A stretch of 64,000 nt of DNA from Octopus bimaculoides (Eukaryota), in contig NC_068984.1 in assembly GCF_001194135.2 (NCBI RefSeq), positions 17,923,765 to 17,987,764 on the forward strand, read 5' to 3'. Position 1 is the stretch's first letter, and the number at the start of each line of letters is the position of its first letter. The notes beneath the pieces are model-generated. The model had not been told where the DNA came from, did no database searches, and saw only the letters and a program-made list of their open reading frames with translations. The translations under genes and the position numbers were made by a program. Of this stretch, positions 52,776 through 64,000 are shown piece by piece.

Positions 52776-53545
52776 AAGACTGACAGAATAAGTACCAGAC
52801 TTTAAAAAATAAACACTCAGGACAATTTGTTCAGTTACACCCTTCAAAGCAATACTCCAGCATGGCCGTATTTAATGATTGATACTAGTAAGATAAGACA
52901 CTGAAAACAAGGAAGCTGTTAAATGATAAGGCCTTGTCTGGTAATGAATCTCGATATGCTGCTGTGAAGGAATTCTTCATAAAGATGGGAATTTGGTGAT
53001 CTTTGATGCATAAACACATTTGGCATGACTTACTAACCCTGAGGTGGGAATATTCTAAAATAATTCTGAGCAACAGGAAATTTGTGTTGTAGTGGAGTTT
53101 GCCCTTGAATTTTATTACATCAGTTGTTTCATTGTAGTACTCGGGGGATTCGAGTTGTTTCTTGGTAGGACGTTTGATGAGGAAGATGAAGAATAGTTTG
53201 TCTGTGTGATGTCTGATCTGGGAAATGGTTGAGCTATGGGGAATTGTAGACGGTTGGAATGATCTTTTTACTTCAAACAGTGATGCTAATTTTATTTTGT
53301 GCTAAAGCTATGGCAGTGAGTAGAATTGAGGTTAAAGCAAATAGAAATGAACTTCAAGTGAAGCATCACAAATTGCTAGTTTATTGGTAAAATAGATTTA
53401 TACTGAAGGATTGTAATATACACATTGTGTGTGTATGTGTGTATAAAAATTTATTTTGGTCAAGTTAGTATCTTGCTATTTTGTCTGAAGATCCTGTGTA
53501 TTCACAGGTGAAACTTGGAGTAGCAAGAGACAAATTAATAATAAA

Positions 53546-53966
53546 AATATTCTTTCCTACTCTAGGCACAAGGCCCGAAATTTTGGGGTAGGGGGCCAGT
53601 TGATTAGATCGACCCCAGTATGCAACTGGTACTTTATCAACCCTGAAAGGATGACAGGCAAAGTCAACCTTGACAAAATATGAACTCTTAATGTAAAGAC
53701 ATGAAATACTGCTAAGCATTTTGCCTGGTGTGCTTAGGTTTCTTATTTCTTTATTGCCCACAAGGGGTTAAACATAAAGGGGACAAATAAGGATAGACAA
53801 AATTAAATCAATTACATCGACTCCCGTGCATAGCTGGTACTTATCAACCCCGAAAGGATGAAAGGCAAAGTCGACCTTGGTGGAATTTGAACTCAGAACG
53901 TAACGGCAGACGAAATACTGCTAAGCATTTTGCTCAGTGTGCTAACATTTCTGCCAGTTTACCGCC
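53546..53966 (-). mobile_element. Two adjacent family A SINEs
   Basis: Copies at 53546-53740 and 53740-53966 with different tail variants. Confidence 0.88.
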
Positions 53967-55199
53967 TTTTAATAATGAAAATATATTTCTGTTATTGAGC
54001 ACTCTTTCACCCAGTAGTCAACATTAGACAAGTGTGTGTAGAGAGAGAGAAAGAAAGAGAGAAGTTGGGTTTTGGTCCTTATTTGTGCAGGCCCTGTCTA
54101 ACTTAATTGCAGCATATATAGTAGTCTTTTAAGTCATGTTTTGGGGCACACTGTAGCCACTTGAGTTGGGAGTTGTTCCTTTTCCAAAATATATCTGAGT
54201 ATTGGTGGTTTGTCTTACATTTCATGAAGGACACGGGTGTTCTTTTGCAGTTTATTTTGAGATAATATTGAAATGAAGCAGAACCAGTTGAGGTTAAAAA
54301 AGCTGTAAAGTTGTGTTGCAATGTTATGCGATGCAAGCTCTCCCCTCTCTGCTCTCCTCCTCTTGCCCTCCCTCTTTCCCCATCCCTCCCCTCCCCCTCT
54401 CTACATTATTATTATTTTTACTTGCTTGTCATTACATTGCAGCCATGCTAGGGTACAAAATTTTCATGTACATCTTCAACTCATATTCTCATATACATGT
54501 ATACAAAAGACACTTATATGTTTATATACTTTAAATGTATGCTTGCATCGAGTACACAGACTTCTGACACACTTGTGCATATGCAAACACATTTACATAT
54601 GCAGATAGATTCTTAAATGTGCACATTTATGTACATGCATTAAACATACATGCATCACATACACCATCTCGTACATGTACATAGTCTCACACATATACAC
54701 CCCCCCCCCCTCCATTCTTCTCCCTTTTCTCACATACACACATGCAATTATTTTTCTGTTTAACATTAGCTGCAAGGTAGTATTTTTTTTGACTCATCCT
54801 TTTATGAAAAGCCCTGTTGCTTTTTTTTTATATTTTATATATTACCCTTTCAGGTTTTTGAGATGGTGCAGTCTATTTAGACTAGTTGAATAGATTTGAA
54901 TTTATAGTTGCTTTAATTTAATGTAAAAATCTATTGATTTATTCAGTGCAGTGTGTATATTCATTTAAAATTGCTTCTGACTTTGAAAAATATATACATT
55001 ATTTTCCTCTACTCGAATTATCTATCAAATGAAAGAATTGAAATCTTTTTTCTTTTAATGCTAAAACCTGTAATTACAAGAATAAAAGAATCAGTCTGTC
55101 ACATATGTTTGTTTGGTTTATCGGACTGAGTTAAATCTGTTAACTTATTTTCAGTTAGTATTATCTTTTAGCTTTGATTATATTGAGTTTATGAACTCC

Positions 55200-55233
<34 letters not shown>

Positions 55234-55496
55234 TTATATCTATATTTGACTTGCACATTGCTTGGAAGTTTTATATTGATTTGTAGATATATATCTACCA
55301 CTGTCTTTAATATATCAAAGAATTTGTCATTTTTTCTTCCTTTTGGAATGAAAGCCTGAACCTGATAGTAGTATATCATTTGAATGACAAGCTGCAGATA
55401 TCTCATTCTTCCTCTCCAGACTGATAGCTTTTCTGCTTGATGCCGTGTAATATAATTGAAAGAATTTTAGTGTGTTTATGTATGTATGCATGTATG

Positions 55497-55534
<38 letters not shown>

Positions 55535-55729
55535 TTTCAGTAGTTTCCATGTCAATATTTTGTTTAAATTTTAAAGAATCTTGCTTATAATCAATATAGT
55601 ATCTTTATCAGAAATTATACCATTTTACATTCACTTTCCATGCTGGCATGGTTTGGATGATTTGGCAGGAGTTGGCAAGCCAGCAGACTGTGCCAGTCTC
55701 CACTACCTGCTTTGACATGTTTTCTACAC

Positions 55730-55765
<36 letters not shown>

Positions 55766-55944
55766 ATATATATATATATATATATCTGTTCCTGTCAAGA
55801 TAATTTTTAAAATGTTAATTATGTCAATATTTTTGAATAAGAATTTCATAGACCTGTGGCCATTACAAGTCTGCCCAGAATGGTGAGGTTTGATGAGATT
55901 GATGTTAAACACAGACTTCTGTTATGTGGCTGTAGAGAAAAAAA

Positions 55945-56200
55945 AAAAAAAAAAACATGGTACAGGGAAGAATTTCAGAAGGTGGCTGTTCTAGGAGAGG
56001 AAGGATTGCATAAGTGTTTAGAGTTTTGTCTGGGAGGTGAACTATAGTAAAGGTGATGATGATGATGGGAAGAGGAAAGTTAGGTAGGATGAGTGACCCT
56101 GGGTAGAGACTGCATGCAGATTGCAAGTTTAGACAAGCGAGGTTGTAGTTTTTGTTGTAGTGGTAGAGTGAGGACACATCTGTGAGTCCTTGCTGATCGG
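55945..56200 (-). mobile_element. Decayed CR1-like LINE 3' end
   Basis: With frameshifts the minus strand gives VSSL...YN...FTIVHLP...SFL-PRTATF*NS, similar to CR1 SFFPRTxxLWNSLP. Confidence 0.45.
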
Positions 56201-56709
56201 TTAAAATGGCCTTTTGCAAATCCCACCTTTCGATCAAAGGAATGAACACATCATAAATTCTTATCTATATCTAACTGTCTTGCTTCTCTATCAATTTGGT
56301 CAAATAGTATTCTTATTGCTTGTGAACCAAAGAAACTTCTATGAAGTTAATTGAACTACTGATATAGCTGCCAAATCTCCTTTTCAAGCTCTTCCTTGCT
56401 ATCTTTGAACTTACATGTTCAAGCTCAACATCTTAAGACTGTATTTTCATTATCAAGACAAGTTTATCAAGAATTCTGATAGAATAAGAAAGGACAGTAC
56501 TATTAATTTCCTTCATCTGTCTGGGTTTCAAAAGATTTCCTTCAACTATTCAACAATTACTAATTTGTTTTATGGTGTTTTTCATCTGTTCCTTTCCTCC
56601 TGTGGCTAAGAAACAAGTACCAGTAATATAATCTGGGATTGATGCAATTATTTTTTTTTTCCTCTATAAAAGTTGTTTGATACACTCCACTTACAGACGC
56701 ATACATTAT

Positions 56710-57152
56710 TACTCTTTACTCTTTTACTTGTTTCAGTCATTTGACTGTGGCCATGCTGGAGCACCTCCTTTAGTCAAGCAAATCGACCCCAGGACTTATN
56801 NNNNNNNNNTCAAGCAAATCGACCCCAGGACTTATTCTTTGTAAGCCTAGTACTTATTCTATCAGGCTCTTTTGCCGAACCGCTAAGTTACGGGGATGTA
56901 AACATACCACCAACGGTTGTCAAGCAATGTTGGGGGGACAAACGCAGACACACAAACACACACATATATATACATATACATATATACGACGGGCTTCTCT
57001 CAGTTTCCGTTTACCAAATCCACTCACAAGGCTTTGGTTGGCCCGAGGCTATAGCAGAAGACAATTGTCCAAGGTAACACACAATGGGACTGAACCCGGA
57101 ACCATGTGGTTGGTAAGCAAGCTACTTACCACACAGCCACTCCTGCGCCTAT
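56710..57152 (-). mobile_element. Full-length SINE family B1 interrupted by a 10-N gap
   Basis: Matches 32681-33075; the 26 bp flanking the gap are duplicated (assembly overlap). Confidence 0.92.
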
Positions 57153-57649
57153 AGATACAGTTATGTCTAAATAATTAATCCAGGGAACTAGTGATGGTGT
57201 GTAAAGATGGATTTGCTATTTGGATCGGGTCAGTCCTGATTAAGCAGACTTATAAAATAAAAAAATGCATTCCAGCTACAACCATTTTTTGGCTTTTTTT
57301 TGTCCTGTCCGTCCATTTTATCCTTTGGTGCTATTTCTAGCAAATTGAGCAACCACATAGCCTTCTTATTAGCTGATCTGTAAACAAGTATTGGCAGAGG
57401 GGAGAGAGGAGATACAATTCTGTTGCTTGTCCCAACCATCAGATGCTTACATGGTGAGTGGGATGCTCATGCAAATTGGAAAAGGGATCAGTCAATTTGC
57501 CATATTTAAGGAACTTAAGATAGTTTTAAATTTCTAAAACTTCTAAATCAGCAAAGGATGCTGAACTCTGTGGATGCAAACTTTTTACCTTCTCATTAAA
57601 GGATTGGAAGATTTCCCTTATGTTTTGGTGGTGGTGGTAGGTATTTTTC

Positions 57650-57685
<36 letters not shown>

Positions 57686-57797
57686 GGTAATTACGGTGAA
57701 TTATAGAGTAGAAGCTTTATGGTAACCTAATTCTGCTGCTTTGTTTCAATTCCCATTTGTGGCCATTTCACTTAGCTTACGTTTCTTTCTACTCTAG

Positions 57798-57803
57798 AGA
57801 AAG
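57798..57803 (+). other. Candidate 6-nt microexon AGAAAG
   Basis: cttacgtttctttctactctag|AGAAAG|gtatga. Confidence 0.4.
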
Positions 57804-59444
57804 GTATGAATTTCACCATTTGTTATTCCTCTTCATATAAATTCCAGTCTGTCTGCTGCAGTAGTGTAATACAAATATCTCCTGGTTTTTCATGAAAAAT
57901 CTTGTGTGTCTGTGCGTATGAGATAAAATTTTTCATGCATAATTGGATTATCTATTGAATGTTTCATTAGAAGTTCTCTTACAGGTTTTAATGCAGATTT
58001 GATACATGATATCATAGGTTTTTTTTTTATATATATCAACTTATGGCACATTAGTTTCAGTGATAGGACATTCCTAGAAGTAATGAGTCCAGTGTTAGAC
58101 AGGGGTCAGTATATAATAAATTGTATGGCTTGTGTGGTTTAGTTTAGAGCATAGCAACATGTTTATATTAGAACTTGAACACAGCAATTTTAAATTTTAC
58201 ACATTCCAGTTAAAATAAAAGAAAAAAAAAATGAACAAAACTGGGCTAGCAAAGAAACTTCCTTGTGGACATAAAACTTGCTAGAAATAGCAACCATGAC
58301 TTCAAATCATGCTACAGCTAAAAGAAAGAAAGAGGAAAGATATTAAATATGCCTAAAGGAAAGAAATACTGGGATACTCATTATTGGAACACCATGGATC
58401 ATGAGTCTACTCAAACAGCAATGAACTGAGTACTAAATAACAGACTCCACCCCATGAAAAAACAAATTATTTTTATCATTCAAGTAATTATAGTTGTCTT
58501 AAATCCTTTTCGCTTTGTCCCCCCACTCTGAAGTGGATAAGTAAAAATCTTTAGCAGTGATTTTTTAAAAATAGGGTTTATGTTTCCACCATTTTTGAAA
58601 AACTAGATTTGCATTATTTATATAATGTTGCGAGAAAGGATTTTGTTATAATTTAAATCTCTTTCTTGTAAGTATATCACCAACAAAGGAATCTTTGTTG
58701 CATTTGACTAGATTTATTTAACCTACAAAAGGGGAAAAGAGAACGATCCCTGCCTTAGAAACATTTTACTTTATAATACAATTGAAAAAGAAAAACGTTC
58801 TATTGCTTGGTTAAATTATTAGATGATTTGTAGAAATTTTTTTTTTATTTAATTTTTGATTGTATGAGTTGAAAATAACATTTTCTACTGCAGAATTGTA
58901 ATTCTGTGCTGACAATATATATTTGAATAACTGTGCAATTACAAAGCTTATATTGTTGATATTAATCTTTGAGACTCTGTGATCTTAGATAGAGAATTAT
59001 ACGAATGAAATTGAAATAGCCTTTTCATCACAGAGTACATTGATAAATCAATAATTCCTTTTCATCCATGGGTCATAGAATCATACTTTTGGCTAAAGAT
59101 TTCGAAATATTATCTCGAGTCTCATGAAAGATTGATTAGCTTATTGTATTGTTATGTTTAAATTTTGACTAAAACTAGTCCATTAGATAAATTGTTATTT
59201 TGACCAATACAAGTGATTATTGATCTGTGTTATCTCAAAAGACCAAACTTAATTATACTCAATTTCAAAAATATTGAACTCTTGATCTAACTCTTAGAAC
59301 CTGCCTTCTTGAAACTCTGCTTTTCTATAATTATCTGCAGCTAATTTAAATGATGTACAGAAAATTAGAATAGTTGCTTTCATTTGGCAGATGGATTAAT
59401 TAATAAATGTTTTAGGTTCATTGCCTTTTCAAAGTTTAAGTGAC

Positions 59445-59474
59445 ATTTTTATTGTATATTTTTTGCAGGTGAGT
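59445..59474 (+). other. Candidate recursive (zero-length exon) splice site
   Basis: atttttattgtatattttttgcag|gtgagt: a strong 3' splice site abutting a consensus 5' splice site. Confidence 0.4.
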
Positions 59475-60467
59475 GTATAATAAATGAATGATTCATAAAG
59501 CACTGTCTCATTTAGAATATATGATCTAGACTTGAAATTCTTTGATGCTCCCATTTAATTAATAAATGGACTACTCTACTTGCAGGTTGATTCTACCAAC
59601 ATTTTTGTTTTTTTATTGCATGGCATTCATGTCATTGCTCTAATGTCGTTTATAGAAGCACAATATCTGGCTGTCTCATTTGCTTTAGGTTTTCTCTATA
59701 TATTCGAAGTGCTGTGCTTGTGGAAGAAATGAATAAATGAAGCTTAAAAATTGGAAACTGTTCAAATTGGTAAAATGAAGTGTGAATAGTAAAATCTAAG
59801 ATTACAGAAAATTGCTTTTTCGAGATCCATTTTCATAAACATTCTCTTAAAGATGGTAATTTATTTAAGATTACTCCATGGAAAGATATGGTTATTACAA
59901 GACTGAAATTGGCAAATGGCTATAATCCAGTATCTGTTCCGTGAATATGTGATTACAAAATGATGTTACTAGAATTTATCAGCAGTTCTATGACATTTTC
60001 TCGCTTGAAAATAACGAAGATTGTACTAAATAAAATTAATAGGTTTGTAGAGAATGATTATCGATGTGTCAGGATTCTAGTAAATTTTTGAATTATGTTC
60101 TACATTTTCCCATTTACTTCTTTGAGGGACAACATAAGCCATTTCTTATGTGATATTTCTTGGATGAAATATGTAAAATGTTTGAAGAAATTAATGATTT
60201 TTGAGAGCAATTATTGAGTGAATGAGAGTGTGATATTTCTGACATACTTAAAGGTGCATTCAAAATGCATTATACTGCAAAAAGCAATGCACTTAAGATA
60301 TATAGTTATAATAACGTACTTGTTAATGCTTCACATTATTCTGTTACTTAGTAATTCTATTTCTAATGCAAATAAACTACCCAATGGCAAGAACCAAAAC
60401 TCCATAGTTGCATGTGATAAACTTTGTGGATGGCTGAAGGATTTTCTCTTGAAATGTTTTAATCCAA

Positions 60468-60509
<42 letters not shown>

Positions 60510-60516
60510 GAGCCCT

Positions 60517-60897
60517 CGTGGAGTCGCAATGGCCCAGTGGTCAGGGCAGCAAACTCGCGGTCATAGGATCGCGGTTTCGATTCCCAGACTGCTCATAGTG
60601 AGTGTTTATTGAGTGAAAACACCTAGAGCTCCACAAGGCTCCGGCAGGGGATGGTGGTGAACCCTACTGTACAACTTTCTCTCGCTCTTTCTTCCTGTTT
60701 CTGTTGTGCCTGTAATTCAAAGGGTCAGCCTTGTCACACTGTGTCATGCTGAATATCCCAGAGAACTACGTTAAGGGTACACGTATCTGTGGAGTGCTCA
60801 GCCACTTGCACGTTAATTTCACGAGCAGGCTGTTCTGTTGATCGGATCAACTGGAACCCTCAACGTCGTAAGCAATGGAGTGCCAACAACAACAACA
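60517..60897 (+). mobile_element. Full-length tRNA-headed SINE family H with (CAA)n tail and 13-bp TSD
   Basis: Box A 'tggcccagtggtc', box B 'ggtttcgattccc'; TSD ATATCTGAGCCCT at 60504-60516 and 60898-60910; a tail fragment in reverse lies at 25735-25830. Confidence 0.92.
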
Positions 60898-61647
60898 ATA
60901 TCTGAGCCCTACATTTGGAAAGGCTTTCATTGCATGGAAAATTTAAATTTGGTTAAATTAGTTTACTCAAGGTCATAAATACACTTTCCCAAGGAAGCTA
61001 ATTATTGTAATTGAAAGATAGCCGAATTAGCATTGTTTAGTCCCAGACTAGCCATGTTCAAGCAAACCTAATCAGACATGACATCAGTGACTATTTTATC
61101 TGCCCCTCCCCTTTTCTACACAGATAATGTACTTAAGCCTACATTATACAGTGCATCATACTTCAAAGATGGAAAACAATGATTTAGCTACCATTTCTTG
61201 TAGGCCAAGCAACCCATACAGTTCCCTTCCAATACTTAATGTCTTGTGTTGAGGAATCAGATATAAAGTCAACAGGGCTTCTTTACTGTCAAAGGTTTTC
61301 ATTGCTGAAATAAGAACAACTCAACCAAATACTGGAATTACATTCAAGATTTCTCTTATCTTTGGAATTCTAGTTTATTGCATAAATTTCTATATGGGCC
61401 AATAAAATTAAATAAAATGTGTTGAATAAATAAATACAAAATATTTCCTTCAGTTGAATACTAATTTTAATGTAATTATTTGTGCTGTATACTTGTATGT
61501 TTTATATATCTTATCTACCAACCTATGGTATTTTTTCTTTTCAACAAGATTGAATTGTAAACTTTTTTTTGTCATATATATNNNNNNNNNNNNNNNNNNN
61601 NNNNNNNNNNNNNNNNNNNNNNNNNNNNNNNNNNNNNNNNNNNNNNN

Positions 61648-61684
<37 letters not shown>

Positions 61685-62676
61685 TTATCTCTCCATTAAT
61701 TTAGTGAATAAACTTTGTGTTCAGTATTTTGTATAGATTCTTATACAGCTTTCATATTTAGTGATTTTAAAGTATTAAGAATGGAAGTGTAAGATGTATG
61801 TGTGCACTCATACTATGAAGTATATACACATTTGTGAATCCCTATCTTCAGACGTATTTAATAGCTAGTTCTAAATTTATTTTGGTTAAAAATTGAATTA
61901 TCAGTCATTGGAATTATCAGTAATTGAATTAAATAGAACATGGTTTGAATTTTTAAAAATAATAAAATTATAGACAAGCAAAATTTCTAAAGTGTTTAAA
62001 ATATATTTTGTTAAATTAAGATTTTAGTAACTTTTAGAATAATTGTTGTAGAAATAGTTTTAAATTATCATTTTAGTGTCTGCTTTCACATGCTTGCATG
62101 GATTAGATAAAGTTTAATACAGGTTTTCTATGGCTGGCTCTCCTTCTGGTGATGCTTGTTTAGAACCATCATGCGATGTCAAGACAAAGGCACATGCATA
62201 CCAACAGTAAATAGGCTTTACAGTTTCCATATATCAAATCCACTTGTGAAGCTCTAGTTGGCCTGGGTCTATAGTGGAAGACACCTGCCCACATAGTTTA
62301 TTCTTTACTTTCCCAATTTACCTTATTTGGTGAGTGTTAGAATATCTTGATTTGAACCTCAAAGAAAGATTTCAAGTTGCTTAGTATCCCAGCCATGACC
62401 ACTCCACTTATTTTTTAGCTGTATCTAGGCTTGCGTTATCTAAAGGCCTCCTTTTCTTTTCTTAGAAGGTATGGTGTAATTAAACGGATATTTGGCTTAT
62501 ATTTCTGCAAGTTGAGTGACCACTCAGTAGTTCCCTTATTGCTTGGTTTGAACTAATTTATTATAGTTTATGTATATAGTTGTGGAGAGTATATTTCTTG
62601 TTCAAAATAATCATAGTTGGATTTTATTTTTGTAAAAGGACAAATACCATTTGCCTGAGATGTAAAAGCATGGAGA

Positions 62677-62870
62677 ATATTCTTTTTCACTCTAGGCACA
62701 AGGCCTGAAATTTTTGGAGGGGTCCAGTCGATTTGATCGACCCCCATATGCAACTGGCACTTAATTTATCAACCCTGAAAGGATAAGTCAACCTCGGCAG
62801 AATTTGAACTCAGAACATAAAGACAGATGAAATACTACTATGCATTTTGTCAGGGTTGCCAACATTTCTG
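62677..62870 (-). mobile_element. SINE family A
   Basis: 'ctctaggcacaaggcctgaaattttt...cctcggcagaatttgaactcagaac'. Confidence 0.85.
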
Positions 62871-64000
62871 AGAATATTGAGTTGCATTTGGAGTTGAAAT
62901 TCGGTTGGCACTAGAATAATATTCATCCCAGTTAGAACGGGAGGGTATTGAATGCTGCACTTTCCAGGTGACATTTAAGGGCAGTGTTTTTATTTTTAGT
63001 TTATGAAGAGAGATTGATCACTTGATATCTAATTGACATCTGAAATTATTGGTAGGTTGTTGAGAAGGCAATGGTTTAATTATAGAGTAAAAGCTTAGTT
63101 CATCTGAGGCAAAAGAAAAAGATCTCTCTCACACACAATCTAGCAGCATTATAGTGTTGATGTTGATCAGACTTAAGTCAATCCTGATTGAGCACATGTA
63201 TGATCAAAGGCATTTGCATTGATCACTCCATCAATTTTCTGTTTTTCAAGTATAATGACACTCTAGAAATAAGCTACAATATCCAATGTGCCCCGCCCCC
63301 TTTTTTTCAATGACTGCATAATGTGGTTAGTGGGAAATTTAGCTACTATTGCTAACAGGTTGTGTGACCATGTATAGGCTCACTCATTGGTTTACTTATT
63401 GTAGTATTTAAATTCTTAAACTTCAGAGAAATTAATGAAGTTAAATGATGGAGTAAATAATTATGCATTCATGATCTATATCAAGGAGACTTTTTTTTTA
63501 GTTAATCAAAATTTCCCAATGTCGTTCCATCACTATTATTATTATTATTATTATTAAGGATAGTGAGCTGGCAGAATCGTTAGCATGCTGGACATAATGC
63601 TCAATGGCATGTGTTTCGGTTATTTTTTGAGTTCAAATCCCATCATGGTTAACTTTGCCTTTCAGTATTTTGATATCAAAATTACCTGTTGAGTACTAGA
63701 ACCTTTGATCTTTTTGATCCTATTTTGATTGCAGATTATCACTGCCCTACTGAGCGTGGCTCTGTGTCTTGAGTATACGGTGTCTATTTTGGTTTTGTTT
63801 CTATTGTAGTGAAATATCTCTACAAGTGTAATAGTGCCTGTAATGAATTTTCTGTAGAGTATAATGTAGAATAATGAACAAAATGAGAAATAAAGACAGC
63901 TTTTTGCATTGCAGTAAGTTTTACAAAACTTTATATTTCGAGTGTAAAAGCATCTCTTCAGAAGAATACAAAGAAATGTGGATCTACAAAGATCCTGCCA

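Noticed and set aside
56774-56835. 26-bp direct repeat around a 10-N gap
   Set aside because: Typical contig-overlap artefact within one SINE
60517-60600. tRNA-like sequence (also at 24580 and 33000-33075)
   Set aside because: Box A/B are present but continue into SINE bodies with TSDs; these are SINE heads, not tRNA genes
62455-62475. Apparent 3-nt microexon (cttag|AAG|gtatgg)
   Set aside because: Lies within a decayed family F repeat, so probably chance

Overview
AT-rich, repeat-dense eukaryotic DNA from a draft assembly (five N-gaps). There are no prokaryotic features, no CRISPR arrays, no rRNA and no intact tRNA genes. The repeat repertoire (tRNA-headed CORE-type SINEs resembling the octopus OR families, RTE-like tails ending in (GAT)n, abundant (TA)n/(CA)n/(GCAC)n microsatellites) looks like an Octopus-type cephalopod genome; that assignment is inference from recalled repeat families. 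Nearly all ORFs in the supplied track are artefacts of microsatellites, N-gaps or SINEs. Well-supported elements are an internally deleted mariner (11.2-12.1 kb), a maT-like Tc1/mariner fragment nested inside a SINE (33.8-34.4 kb), five copies of a TTAA-flanked piggyBac-like MITE, two hAT-like MITEs, many SINEs (family labels A, B1, B2, C, F, G, H and MITE labels D, E are my own; four SINEs have clear 13-15 bp TSDs), and decayed CR1, RTE, Gypsy and Helitron fragments. The rest looks like long introns of one or two unidentified genes. The best exon is 42086-42158 (+). A tentative model adds a promoter near 32 kb and a non-coding exon at 39112-39142. The most interesting leads concern RNA processing: a zero-length AG|GTGAGT site (possible recursive splice site) at 59467-59474, a 6-nt microexon candidate at 57798-57803, and closely spaced inverted SINEs that could be A-to-I editing substrates. 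A twin-priming-like inverted SINE and a minisatellite built from a junction of two SINE families also stand out. I could not identify the host gene, and no clearly novel protein-coding system is demonstrable from the sequence alone.
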